The position numbers and the translations under genes are program-made. A DNA stretch of 64,000 nt from Eledone cirrhosa (lineage: Eukaryota), in NCBI GenBank assembly GCA_964016885.1, contig OZ024742.1:229896001-229960000 (forward strand). Direction: 5' to 3'. Shown here one piece after another: positions 49,168 to 62,982 of the stretch (positions within the stretch are counted from its first letter, which is position 1; the number at the start of each line of letters is the position of its first letter). The notes under the pieces were generated by a model, which saw nothing but the letters and a program-made list of their open reading frames with translations, had not been told where the DNA came from and did no database searches.

Positions 49168-52100
49168 GGCCGCACATGTGTTAAGACAGTACAAATCTGC
49201 GGGGGAAAAGTTTCGTAACATGAAGCTGTTTTAAAGTGTCATTTTTTGTATTTTCTTGTCGTTAACGAAACTTAAGGTACACATCTTGATTTAAAGAGAG
49301 GGATACCTCTCAATATTCGGTCTTTAAGTCCGAATATTTAGATTTAATTTTAAAAACTTCGAAAAACAATCACTTCCCCACCAAAAGAAAATTATGGAAA
49401 TTTTCGACCTTGAAACGGTAAACAACGTTCAGGTCAAAAGTTTAACGGCAGCCACTGTAGATTTCACCACGACTGCGACGGCTACAGTCATGCCTGTCAT
49501 CCACTCTACTGAATGTGAAGGCAAAACTCAAAAGCTACCATCACAACCTTCTACCATAGCAGCAGTATCATCTGAAAACGACATCACCAGCACCGCCACC
49601 ACCACCACCACCACAACAACAACTCAGAGCAATAACGACAATAACACTGACAGCTTCAATGTAAACAAGGATGGCGGTGGCAACACCAATAACAACAGCA
49701 AGAATGACATCAACAACAATAAGAGCATAAGAAACAGCACATTTGCTGCAGCAGCAGCAAAAACAAAGCGCTTATTGAATATTGATATTGATATTAGCGA
49801 TAAAGACGAACAGTTGGCCAAAGCGTGGAGGCTAATTAAACGGGAGAAGTCCTGGGCAAACCTGACCATCCCGGACGAGGCAATAGCGGCCATGCAAAGG
49901 AGGGCGGTGTTCTTTCGATGTATTTCGGTGCAGACACGAAAAGTGGAACTTGCGAGCCAAGCAGAGGTAGAGGCTGCTTTGGAGTACATCGGAAGTAACA
50001 TAGAGTACAAAGCAAGAGGCAAACAGTTCGGTTCCATCTCGGTACTGTTCAAAACCGAGGCCCTCGCTATTAAGCACTCGGTGACCCCCTGCAGAACGGA
50101 ACGCATTATCATGCATGCGTCCTATATGGGTAAAAGGACAGTGAAGGTACGCATTCCCAGCATCCCACCAGGAATGAACATATGGTGGCTGCTGGGATGC
50201 GTAATCTAGGAGGGGGCAGATACTACCCTCCTGGACATCAAAAGAACAGAGAGAGAGGACTGGTCCGGAATGGATTTGGAGATTCTTCTCCAAATGAAAC
50301 CGGAGGATATGAATAACATCCCGGATTTTGCCCGCCCGCAGGACGGGACAACAATCCAACTAATGATTGACGGAAGAAGGCCACGCTGCTTCGTCTAAGG
50401 GGAAGCAACGCATCTTCAAGCCTTCTGCCCTCAACGCAAAAATGCAGGGGGTCGCAAACCTCCTTTGTTGCCAACGCCAGTGTCAGCATGGAAAGCTACA
50501 CTACCACCACCACCAAAAACATCAACAAAAACACGGACACCAACATCAAAAGCAGCCGGATCACCACCAACACCAAAACCAATCCAAGGAGAAAACGAAG
50601 AAAGCTCTCCCACTCCCTCTACCCCCCCCCCCCCCCAATTATACACATAGAAAAAACAATAAACGCACACACAGACACAGAGACACTCATAGACACAGAC
50701 CCTTTGTCTTCCAGCAGCGAAGATGAAGGAAAACCCAAAAGTGCAAAAAAACAGAGAAAACTCACAAAAAAAAACAAGCACCAACAAAACACGAAAACAC
50801 ACACAACAAAAACTACAGACACCACTAACGCAAACACTTCGCCAATAACATCATCACCAACAGCAACATCGACACCACCTCCACAATCCCCGAAACGCAA
50901 ACAACCTAAACAAACAGAAGTACAAATAAACACACAAATACCTGAAATTGCAGAGACCACACCTACAACAAACATATACATACCCGAAACAACACCATCT
51001 TCACCAAAACGAAAACAAATAAAACCACACCAACAAAATGTTAAAAACTTCGTGCTTGTCAGAAGGGCCAACGATAAACTGATGGCCCTCTTAGCGCGAA
51101 GCGAGGACATTCAAACAGAGGGGGAGATTTTTGAAATGAGCACATTTTGCGTGCCAGAAGATTTGCTTCTGGTCCGAATGTCACTCAATTCCTTCAAAGA
51201 AATTCGAGAGAGCTTTCCTCAAGACGTGGGAACCCCGAATGTGAAACCCACATCAAGACTTTTAAAGGGGTTCCCAAAAGAAACCCCACCAACCATGGAG
51301 ATCGAACCACCCGACCTTCACGAGACCCGGGAGGTAAGTAAACCTTCCCTCTCTCTCTCTTAGTTTACCTATATGGCCATATTAATAGTAGGAGGTTTAA
51401 AAGTTCGCGGCCTGGGGTCTCCCAGGAAGCAGGGTCGCCTGCTCAACGACCTCCGGTTGGTGGAAATGGATGTGATTGCCGTAATCGAGACCAGAATTTC
51501 CGACACGCGCGCACTAGCCCCCATTTTCGACGACTATCAGATCTTCGCATCTGTTAGCAGGTCGGGAATGGGGGGTGGGGTGGAAATGCTGTTTAGGAAA
51601 GGACTGGATCTCGAGGTAAGTTCGATCTTCCGGGACACGGACGGTAAGTTGCTGGTCTTGGATGTGAGCAGTAGCGAAGGTGGTGCCTTTAGACTGCTGG
51701 CCGTCTACGCCCCTACAGGGGCCGGACGACCTGACTTCTTTAGGCGCCTGGAGACCTTTCTGGGTACGTCTCGCCCTTTACTGTTAGCGGGGGACTGGAA
51801 TGGCATCTTAGACGCACGCTGGGATTGTATGGGAGTAGCCGATAGGAGCGGGGGGTGCAAAAGCCTCAAGCACCTACTCAGCCAGTTCCAACTGTCTGAC
51901 AGGTATCGACTAGATTTCCCCAATGTGCCAGTATGGACATGGACCAACCGAATGGGGTCATCTAGATCGTATATAGACAGGATCTTCATTAGGAAAATAG
52001 ATAGAAATAGTGTGGGCTGTCCACTTTTTAAAACGGTCGCCTATTCAGATCACAAATTTGTGATCTGTACGGTCGACCTAAATAAAACGGGTAGGTTAGG

Positions 52101-55056
52101 ACTTGTTACTGGAAGCTGAACATGTCATTTCCGGCACGTAAGGCTTACAGGGACCGAGTCAACAATTTAGTTAAGCAAAAGTTGACAGGGGGGATCATCA
52201 ACAACAGATGGTGAGTGGCTCTCAAAAGAGAGATTAGCGTAACTTCGATAGAGTTCAGCAAAGAACTAGCGTTAGAGAAAAATAGAAAGGAGGGGGAGCT
52301 GGTAGATAAGTTAGACGAGGCTATTTGTAGTGGCATCGCAACTGACGTGCTAGCGGCGAGAATGGCATTAGACCATTTCTTCAATGCCAAACACGAAGGT
52401 TGCATTGTCAGAGCCAAGGCGCGTGCGCTGAGAAACGAGGGAACTAAAGCTGTTCGATGGGCCCGCGTGGCGGAGGCGCAGCGTGGTAATAAAACCACAA
52501 TTCGGTCGTTGGCGGACCGAGACGGACACGAGATAAGCGATTCCAAGCGGATGTTTGAGGCCTTTCGGAAGCACTTTGCTCGGTTGTTCAGAGAGAGTAG
52601 CGGATTTCAGTCCCTACCTTGACGGCTTGCCGCGCATCTCGACGGTCGACGCTCAGCGGTGCAAAAGGCCGATTACTTCAGCCGAATTTCAGGACGCCCA
52701 TGTCGGCTGCATGAGGCGCAAGTCACCCGGTTTGGATGCCCTGCCCTACGATCTTTACGTAAATATGCCAGACTTCTTCTCCGAACTCCTCGAAGCACTC
52801 TACTGCAACTAGCAGCAGAATGGGAGTATTCCCAGTTCTGTGAGCAGGGGAGTGGTGACGCTAATAAGGAAAGACGAGAACAAGAGGGATACATTAGACA
52901 ACTTCAGGCCCATAACTCTGCTCAACACAGAGTTTAAGATTTTGGCCAAGGTGTTAGCAAAGAGATTGGCGCTTGTCGTCGAGTATTTGGTTGGGGAGGC
53001 GCAAACTTGCGCAATCTCAGCCAGGTCCATACACGACAATCTCCACCTCATGCGATACATCATAGAGAGGGTAGGGTGTAAACCTGGCTACGGTGGGGCA
53101 CTGATCAATTTAGATCAATCGAAAGCATTCGATAGGGTCGACCATCGGTATATGGAGTTTGTCCTCAAAGCAGCTGGCTTCGTCCCTGTCTTTAGAAGCT
53201 GGATCGTTGCAATGCACAGCGACACATGCTCGGTGGTCCAGGTTAATGGCCACCTCTCGGAACCATTTCGGCTCTCCCGATCGGTCCGTCAAGGGTGCCC
53301 TCTTTCTTCCCTTCTGTACGTATTGACTCTCGAGCCTTTACTGCGGAAGCTGGAGCTGTTGCAGGGCATCCCGCTCGAACCGGGACGTGGAAAGGCGGTT
53401 TCGGCTTATGCGGACGACATCACCGTGATGGTGTCGAACACCTCAGAAATCGAGGTCGTCGGCACCTTATTGAAGGAATATGAAAGGTTGACAGGAGTCA
53501 AACTTAACCCGGAAAAGTAGGTGGGCTTGCAGCTGGGAACCTGGAGGGGCAAGCCCATGTCGTCCAACAGCGTCGTGGGGTGCTGGACGGACGGACCAGT
53601 AAAGTTGCTCGGGGTTTGGTTCGGACCAGACCTCCAGGTGGAAAAGAATTGGGACGAGGTAACGAGCAGAGTAGCCAGTCTCACCCACAAATGGGCTGGG
53701 AGGAAGCTATCACTGAAAGGTCGCGCGGAGGTGGCGAATGCGTACATCGCGTCCTTCATCTACTACCGCCTAACCGTCGTGCCTCGCCCCCGTCCGCGCC
53801 TCGTCAAGCTGGAACGGCACCTCTTCAAATTCTTGTGGAGGGGACAAGTTCCGTTGGTGAGGCGGTCCATCTGCTGCCATCACCCTCTACGCGGAGGGCT
53901 TGGCATGCCGTGGCTAATGATGCGCAGACATGCGTTGAGGCTGCGACATCTCCATATATTCTGCCTCAACGGTGAACAGGTGGGGTCGCCGTTTATCAGA
54001 CGGGCCTTTCCGCAGCTCATTTCTTGGACTGAGCCGCAGTCCTGGGTCAAGAAGAGACCGATAGTGGGTGACTGGCACCTGGAATGTTGCCAGGCACTCA
54101 CTGCCCTCCACCAAGCGGGCAATGCGATCAGTGGAACTTCCACTATCGAGTTCTATAGAGGATTAGTGGTGGGCAAGTGCGATGACGCACTCGGAGAAGC
54201 TTTGGGCCTCGACGAAGTCGAACTGACCAGTCTGTACCGGAGGACTTTCGAGCCAGAGACGATGGACAATTTCCAGAAATCCCTCGCTTGGCATTGCTAT
54301 CGGGGGGCACTGCCGGTTCGGGATAAACTCTACAGGCACAGAAGTGCTGTCAGACGGACCTGCCCAAGATGCGCACAATTAGACGAAACCGTTCAGCACC
54401 CACTTGTCCAATGTCCGTGCATTACTGACTTGTGGAGTTATATCGAACTGCTACTGTCGCGTGTGGAACGAATCCGGCTATCGGCCGAGTCCATAGTGAA
54501 GATCGCTCCACCGCCTTCCTTAGGTCAGGAAGAGCAGGAAATTTTCCTCTGCCTGGTGGCAGTTGCGAAAGAGATTATATGGTGGACCAGGTTGAAAGGA
54601 CTAAAGACAGACACTTTTCTCTTCGGCCAATCCCTCATCAACTTCTTCAAGTTTCACCTGGAAAGGAAGGTGAGGGTGGAGAGAGAAGTGCTGCCCCCCA
54701 GTACATTTGCTAAAAGGTGGGTGAATGTGGCGAGAATCGCTCGTGTGAATGGGCCTACTCTGACCATGCGCCTATAGGCTGGCTAACTTGAGGAGAGGGG
54801 TGCTCTCCCTGGGTGCCCTAGAAGCGCAGGGTGGTTCAGGACTGGTGGGGTACCTGAAGCACCCCAGGGTTGTACACCCCCTATCAGGGAATTTATTTTG
54901 TTATATTTATGCATAGTTTATTTTATATTTTTATATTTTCATTGTTAAATTAGTCTTGCCTTTGTGCACTTTTACTCCACCTTATTGTAAACACCCACTG
55001 TCCCTGTCTTTGTATTGTGCCCTACATGTCGGCCCTGGTGGCTAATAAATGAAATC
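49168..55056 (+). mobile_element. Full-length Tx1 copy F, divergent family (inactivated)
   Basis: Distinct 5' UTR and ORF1 49394-51363. ORF2 51373-54777 has the same motifs with many substitutions and stops. 3' end ggtggctAATAAAtgaaatc followed by (ATT)n. Confidence 0.92.
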
Positions 55057-55083
55057 ATTATTATTATAATTATTATTATTATT

Positions 55084-58000
55084 ACAGTAGCATTTATCTT
55101 GCTTTATGTTTATACGAGTTATCACCATGTCACAACCAGTGACCTCAAGAGACAACAAGGTCCGCCATGTTCAAGAAAGAACATACATACTCACACATGC
55201 ATCTTTAGGTGTTTAGACTTGTGATGTACTTATATTGACAGAATCTTCCTTAGTATATGGGCAGTTCCCATTAGTACTATCTTTTGTATTTCTCCTATAC
55301 GCGGGTTTCCTGGGATTCTCATAGCGCCCTCAACCACTGGTATTGTTTTAGTTCTCAATTTCCACATTTTTCCAATTTCTATCTCCAGGTTCTTATACTT
55401 ACTCAATTTTTCAAATGTTTTTATAGATACATTCTTGTCTATTGGAACGGACATATCAATTAGCAGGCATACCCTCATTTTAAAGTCCTTCAATATTATA
55501 TCAGGTCTATTTGCATCTATGTTTCGGTCTGTTTGGATGCTAAAGTTCCACAAGATTGAGATGTGATCTTTTTCAAGTATGGGAGGTGGTTGATGCTCCC
55601 ACCAATTCTTTTGATGGGGCAGGTCAAAATGCTTACACATTATCCAATGTATGTATTGTGCAGCTCTGTCATGCCTGTTTAGGTATTTGGTTGGAGCTAT
55701 AGGACTGCACATTGAAATTATATGGTCAATGGTCTCTGGTTGTTTTTTACATACACGGCATAATGGGCTGCATCCATTTTTTATTATGTTGGCTTGGTAA
55801 TTTTTTGTTGGGAGACACTGATCTTGTGCTGATATAATCAGTCCTTCAGTCTCCGATTTCAGTCCAGAGGATGCCAACCACTGATGGGTTAAAATTTTGT
55901 CAACATCAGGATTGTTAGCTCGTTCTGGGTATTTTCCATACAGAGGCTTTTCTTGCCATTTCTTAGCCAGTTTCTGTAGCATCTCTTTCTTTGCAGTTAC
56001 TTTTACCTGCTTTGCTTTTTCTGTGTTTTCCATTTCAGCAGTAAATGGGACTTCTGAAATGTGTAGTCCATTACTGTATCTTTGTGCATCTTTTGTAATG
56101 GAATATGATCTTTTGATGCTTTCGTGTTTCAAAACGAGTTTGATCATCCAATCATGTGATTCCCTTAGATATGTAGATAATCCAATTGTTGCAGTTTTCA
56201 ACGCAATGTCTAACAGGACTAACCCACGTCCTCCTTCTTTCCTAGGGAGATATATTCTATCTATATCTGCCTTAGGGTGATGCATTCTGTGCATGGTTAA
56301 GAATTTTCGAATTTTTGTATCGAGCCTACGGATCTCTGTGCTTGACCAGTTGATGACATTGTAACTGTAGGTTACTACTGGTATGGCAAGCGTGTTTATG
56401 GCATCGATCCTATTCCTTGCATTCAATTCCGTTCTTAAGATTGCTCTTACTCTGCGGTAACATTCCTTCCTTATCCTTTCCCTCATTGTCGAGTGCTTGA
56501 TTCCGTCTCCTTCACAAACACCTAGATATTTGTAAGTTTTTTCTTGATCAAGTTCTCTTACCACGTTCCCCCCGATCAAGATTAATGTCTGAACTCTTCA
56601 GCAGCTTTCCTCTGGTGAACGTTGCTTTGGCGCATTTATCTAGTCCAAACTCCATTTTAATGTCATCACTGAACTGCTCCACAGTGGATAATAGCCCTTG
56701 CCATTGTTCATCATTTTTTGCAAATAGTTTCAGGTCATCCATGTAGAACAAGTGATTAATGGTTTTGTCATAGACTCTATATCCATGTTTTGTTTCATTG
56801 AACATTTTACTTAATGGTATAAGTGCGATGCAGAATAAAAGCGGTGATAAAGAGTCACCCTGAAAAATTCCACAATTAATATTAACTTCTCCAGCTTCCA
56901 GTGATTTTGTTTCACTATTCAAAAGGAGTGTCGTTTTCCATGTCTTCATACTGAATGACAAAAACCTCCTGACAAAGGGGGATATTTTGAAAATCTCTAA
57001 ACATTTTTCAATCCAACTGTGTGGCAAACTATCGAATGCTTTTTTATAATCTATCCAAGCAATTGATAGATTTTTGTGTCTATTATGACAATCTTCCAGT
57101 ATCATTTTGTTAACCAAAAGCTGATCCTTACAGCCATATGAGCCTCGTTTACACCCTTTCTGCTCAATGGGAAATAGGTCATTTGTTATCAGGTGGTCAT
57201 ATGTGTATTCAGTTAGGACTGATGTTAAAATTTTATACATTGTGGTCAAGCAAGTTATCGGTCTGTAATTTTTGGGATTGTTTGTCTCATCATTCTTCGG
57301 AAGCAGGAATGTAATGCCGTTAACTAGCCATGATGGTATCTTTTCTGGCTCCTTAACTATTTCATTGTAAAGTTGGGCTAACAGCTCATGAGACTCTGTG
57401 AAGGCATTTATCCAAAACTTTTGTATTTTGTCTTTTGCTGGGGATTTCCATTTGCTGGTTTTTCTTAGAGCCAAGCGCAACTGTTCAACTGTTATGTTTT
57501 CCCATATTTGTTCCTCAAGGTGAGCTGTATCTTTCATTTGTCTGTCTATCCATGGGGCATGTATGTTATGAACTTTTTCTTCGGCCCAGATCTTTTCCCA
57601 GAATTCTTGCACTTCCTCCTTGGGTGGTATTGATTTATCAGTTATTGTTGACTTACCAATTTTTCTGTAGAAGTTTCTTTGGTTGTTTTTGAACATATTA
57701 TTGTCCTTATAGAATCTAGATCGTTTTTCAAAGCGCCTTATACGAGCAGCTTTGGCCGACACTTTTTGCTTGATTATTTCTATCAGCATGTCTATGTCAC
57801 TTGTTGATTTTATACTATACTTTCTTTTCAATTTTCTAAGTTTAGTTTGTTTAACATGTTCACCTACTTTATAGTTTGTTAAAATTTCTATGTCAGATCG
57901 GAGAAGGTTTATTTGGCGATTGATGTTCTCTTGCCAAGTAGATTTCTTTTGTGAATTCCTTTGTTTTTTCATCTTCACTCCACATAAGTGAGTGGTGACT

Positions 58001-58950
58001 TTAGCCGATGCATAATAGAGATGATTTAAATCAGTAATGTTTAGTTTGTTTGTGATGATAATTTTTTTGAGAATTATGTTAGTCTTGTGTATTATCTTTT
58101 GGTTCTGTTTGGAGTTCTGGATCTTAGGGAGGGTGTCTCGTTGCCCCATGTCAGATTCTTTCATTTTCATTCATTCGATCTTAAGCATGCACTCCCTCCA
58201 CTTTTTCGATCCTTTCTTTAATTTGTTCTGTTGCCAGTGATTCCGCCCCAACCCTGTGATTCGAAGTGTTACAATTTACCTCGTTTTCACTGACACATGT
58301 TTCATTTTCCCTTCGCTGACTTTGTGCTAATAGCTTGATCTGATCAATTTCTATATCAGTTAGTAACTTTTTTTTTACAATATTTCTTCGTATATTGGCT
58401 AGTTTGTTACTGTCAATATAGCCTCTGTTTTCGGGATGTTTCTTTTTCCAGTTGATATATGTCTGTTCTGTATTCGATGTATTTGATGGGTAGTACATGG
58501 CAGTGTAGAAAGCCTCAAGGTCTTCTTTATTATCTTCCCTTGACCATTTTTCTCTCTTTTTCTTTGGATTTTTTGGTGGTGAGCATGGAGGGCCAACAGT
58601 AGGAGTATTCCGGTTATGGGAGGTCTCCAGCTCCGAAGTGATGGGAAGGTTTGAACCATTAGCTGATTTTTCGACCCCAGTCTGGTTTCTCTCTGAGGGA
58701 CGCGGCCCTTTTTTACCCGGGTGACGGCCGATCCGGTATGAGATTTTATCATTAGACATTTACTTTATTTTGTCGCGTTTTATCCTTATCCGCCAAGGGG
58801 TAATCATTTCGTGTTACCACTTCTAGAACGAGTGTCAACCAAGACTAGAGGGGTCGTTCTCCCCTAGAGACACGGCTATTCCCCGCCGGCCGCCATCCCG
58901 GTATTTCTTGGTCACAGGGTTTTCTTTTTTGTTGTTTTTTTAAATTGTTA
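55084..58950 (-). mobile_element. R4/Dong-clade element, third family, near full-length
   Basis: ORF pieces 58181-58759 (KWSREDN..AFY), 56548-58170 (YRPITCL, DYKKAFDS, GIFQGDSLSPL, YMDD) and 55230-56579 (CRVC..ETIDHIISMC, RHD, RPD..IDMSVP). 5' boundary approximate; ATT tracts on both sides. Confidence 0.92.
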
Positions 58951-59037
58951 TTATCATGAGTGGTTCCTTAATGTGAGCATTGCGTGGCTTAAGAATGAAA
59001 TTATTAATTTATTATTATTATTATTATTATATTTGTT

Positions 59038-59160
59038 ATTCCGCCGAGGTTAACTTTGCCGTTCATCCTTACGGGGTCGATAGAATAAAGTACCAGTAAT
59101 ACATTAGGACAATTGCTGGTCTTGTGCCAAAAGTAGAAACAATTATTATTATCATTATTA
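59038..59160 (+). mobile_element. 5'-truncated SINE with (ATT)n tail
   Basis: ttccgccgaggttaactttgccgttcatccttacggggtcgatag..taccagt, homologous to the SINE at 12371. Confidence 0.75.
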
Positions 59161-59878
59161 ACATTTTGTTGAATTTAGTGCGCTTGTACTTTGCTGTATC
59201 TCTTTATTGATATTAACAATGGAAATATTACACCCTATTCCATAGTATAAATCATTTAAATTATACACTGTCCTTGAATGAATAACTTTAAGCTCTCTAT
59301 CAAGTGTAATTCTATATAAAGAAAAATCTAAAACATGTTAGATAATAATAACTTTACTTTAATTATATAGAAATATATTTAAAGACATCATTTCATATTT
59401 CAGCATTATATTTTTCCTCTGTTCTTTTTTCTGTCCACATATAACGCGACAAACAACAACATGCTATCGTACACACACAATCATATTCTCACAATAGTGC
59501 CGTATTTGTCGCGTGTTTAACAGTTGTCGCAAAGTATTGTGTGAGTGATATGAGATCGGGGACACCTGATTTAAAATATCTGAACTGTTGTTAAATGACA
59601 TTTATTATAATCGATTCCACTTTACGACCACTAGTGAGCATAGGATCAATACAATACAAGCCCAATGTAAACAGGTTGTATTTGAAGATGGATTCGTGAC
59701 GATCTCGGAACGTAATATAAACATGGATTTTCGAATGCTACTCTTCAAACCACGGATAAACAACTTTACGAAAACTTAATGGAAATGATCAAACTGTGGC
59801 ATAGTCACACACACATTTTCTCTCTCACTCTCTCTCTATCTCTCGTGCACACACACAGACACACATACACATATATAT

Positions 59879-59942
<64 letters not shown>

Positions 59943-59950
<8 letters not shown>

Positions 59951-60851
59951 TAATATATATGAGTAATATATATGATGACACAGATACCAACACATCTGTA
60001 TTTATATTGCAAAAGAAAATTAGCCAGAATGAAGAATATTAATTATTTTACTACAGTTCGTCCACATCGATTTAAAATAATAAATCGACAAAAACTAGCT
60101 GCGCTGCCAAAAGGCTATGATGTTTAGATACATTTAAATTTCAAAATCAAACCTGTTCCGTAGATAATTTTAAACTTTAAAATCCAAACATGTTTCGAGA
60201 TGAATAAGTGTATAAGTGTAGGAATATCATGCCACTGCTCTCCTCAGTAAACATCCAGAGACAATTGATAAGCTTCACTTCTAAATAATTTAAAAGACTG
60301 TATGACGCACATGGGTTCACTTTTGACGCACATAGGTTCACTTTTGAGCTAATTCCATTGTAAAAGAATTCATTACACTTAATAATATATAACTGCTCCT
60401 GGCTGAGCTGAAATTCGCCTCATATATACGACTGTTATTTCTAGCAGTACGGTTATGAGACTAGCTTGAATCTGTGAACCCATGTGCGTCACACAGTCTT
60501 TTAAATTATTTAGAAGTGAAGCTTATCAATTGTCTCTGGATGTTTACTGAGGAGAGCAGTGGCATGATATTCCTACACTTATACACTTATTCATCTCGAA
60601 ACATGTTTGGATTTTAAAGTTTAAACTTATCTACGGAACAGGTTTGATTTTGAAATTTAAATGTATCTAAACATCATAGCCTTTTGGCAGCGCAGCTAGT
60701 TTTTGTCGATTTATTATTTTAAATCGATGTGGACGAACTGTAGTAAAATAATTAATATTCTTCATTCTGGCTAATTTTCTTTTGCAATATAAATACAGAT
60801 GTGTTAGTATCTGTTTCATCATATATATTACTCATATATATTACTTTTATA
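59943..60851. repeat. 378-bp inverted repeat (59943-60320 / 60474-60851), probable inverted-pLTR remnant
   Basis: Near-perfect reverse-complement arms with a ~153-bp spacer. Left end abuts (TA)n. Each arm carries a hammerhead-like core. Confidence 0.85.
60541..60612 (+). ncRNA. Hammerhead-like motif (mirror copy at ~60182-60253 on -)
   Basis: GUUUA-CUGAGGA-GAG...CUC-GAAA-CAUG-UU-UGGAU with palindromic stem III ACAUGU. Stem I relies on G-U pairs and stem II is weak. Confidence 0.5.
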
Positions 60852-60933
60852 CACGGCTCAGGAATATTTCCTTTTGAGCTAATTCCATTGTAAATGAATT
60901 CATTACACTTAATAATATATATATATATATATT

Positions 60934-61061
60934 TATTTAGTATAGAAATGGCTTCTACAGGACTAGAACTGTTTCATTCGGGAGAAATCATCAGGGCTCC
61001 CTTATGATTTCTCCTGAATGAAGCAGTTATAATCCTGTAGAAGCCATTTCTATACTAAATA
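60934..61061. repeat. ~63-bp-arm hairpin with degenerate hammerhead-like cores head-to-head
   Basis: atttagtatagaaatggcttctacagga...tcctgtagaagccatttctatactaaat. Minus strand has CUGAUGA-u-UUC-uccc-GAA-u-GAAA. Confidence 0.7.
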
Positions 61062-62982
61062 TGTATATTCTGCTATGTATTGAGTACCTTACTTACTGTG
61101 GTTTCCCGCGATTGAACCCGGGATAACCCCCACACACAGACACACACACATATATATATATTAAAGCGATAGAAACCTGATGGCGAGCCCTAACGCTTTA
61201 ACGTTTTTACACAAACTATTTGAAGAGAATTTACCTCTTCAGTATACCCATTCAGGACTACCCGTTCTTCGCACTGCAGACAACCTAAGAACATACGTAT
61301 TCGGGAAATCATTATTATGTTACCCATAATAATGCACCCGTCGTTATAACTGGTACTCTCATCGAACCTCAAGCCCAACTACTGGACAGAAATCACTGCT
61401 TGGAAGTGTGTTGGCCTGTAGAAGTGATAAGAAGAAAATAAACGGGACAAGATCACACAAATCTTTTAACCACAACCGGTCTGAGAACTGAAGAGCTAAA
61501 AAGATGTATGTGTGTGTGTGTCTATGTAGTGTGATCTTTTCTCCTTGATTTTCTTCCTTCACTTCTTTCTTCCAATTGTTCTGCGAGCCAACACATTTCT
61601 AGCCATTCATTTCTGTCGTTTGAGGAATTATTCCCCGTTGCTGTTATTGACGAGATTTTGCTGTTTTAACAGTTATTCTTGCGCTGAGTTTTTTCTCATT
61701 AGTCGATGAATTCTAATACACTCACGCTCCACCTTGTTTATATTTCTATCATAGCTTTATTAGCTTTCTATTTTAGACAGATATCTTGGCCTGAGGTTCG
61801 TTTACCCTTTTTCTTTCTTTCTTTCCTGCTTTCTTTTATTCCTTCTTCTTCCGTCCTTTCTCTCGCTTCTCCTGCTTGCTGCTTCTTTTCTTCTTCCGTC
61901 CTTACTCTCTATCCACCACTCTTTTCTTCCCCTTCACCTACCCATCACTCTGCTTTGTTACTTCCACGTGCTGCCACTTCTACCGCGCCAGGGCTTTTCT
62001 TGTCCATAGCCGGCCTGAGAGTTTACGAGGTTAAAAGATGTGTATGATATTGTCTCGTTCATTTTCATAGATGAAAAAATACGTATTTAAACACCAGAAA
62101 ACCCTTCCACAGCACTAGCATTTCTACCAAAATAATATTAATGATACAATGCTTGAAGAAGCGTATAAGCTAGAGTTTCACAATTATTTTCTCCGTCCAC
62201 TTCGAATTTCGAATATAGCATGGTATGTAGTCTCATTCTGAATTGCCACACCGCTCTTTCAAGAAAACTGGAATAGATGATGCAGGAGAATTTCTCGCAG
62301 CGTATTGTTAGTAAATATGTTATGAATTAAAGAAGAATGAAATACCAAATCAGTTTTTTTCCCGAACATCAACACTATAATAATAATTACATGTTACAGA
62401 AAAACGATACATTCATTCCTCTTCCGCGAATATATTCTAAACCAGGAGGAGCTCTTGTCGTCAGACAATGTCCAACGTTTACTAGTTATTTCACCATAAC
62501 ACCTCTTCGACATGAGTTGTGAGTGAAATTAGTTAAAAGAAAACTGGATCTGGAACCAAATAACCAATGCTGAATTTCCCTGGGAATATCGTAAGGAAAG
62601 CACAGAACTATGGAATATTCATCTATTTGCATGTGAACTTCATGAGCAGCTTGTTCCGTTAAATGACGACCTGGAACACGTGCCTTCGAAAACGACGGAG
62701 GTCCATTCAGTTTTTATCGGAAGGATGAATGGTTAAGTTGACCTTCATTTGAATTCAGAACGAAAAGAGCCATGAGTAATTCCACAAAGCATGTTGTTCC
62801 TTTATTCTGAAAATTCCGTCAATCGCATAATAAAATAAGGATGATGATGATGATGATGATGATAGTAAAGAGAAGTGGAGTTAACAGGAGGATGACATTC
62901 GATTATGATGATGATGAAGCCGAAGATTATGGTATTATTAAATATGATGATGTTGATCATCATCCTTGTCATGGTTTCTAAT

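Noticed and set aside
400-59030. Uni-strand piRNA cluster or telomeric HeT-A/TART-like array
   Set aside because: Orientation follows element class rather than a single strand, and there are no telomeric repeats or chromosome-end evidence in the window.
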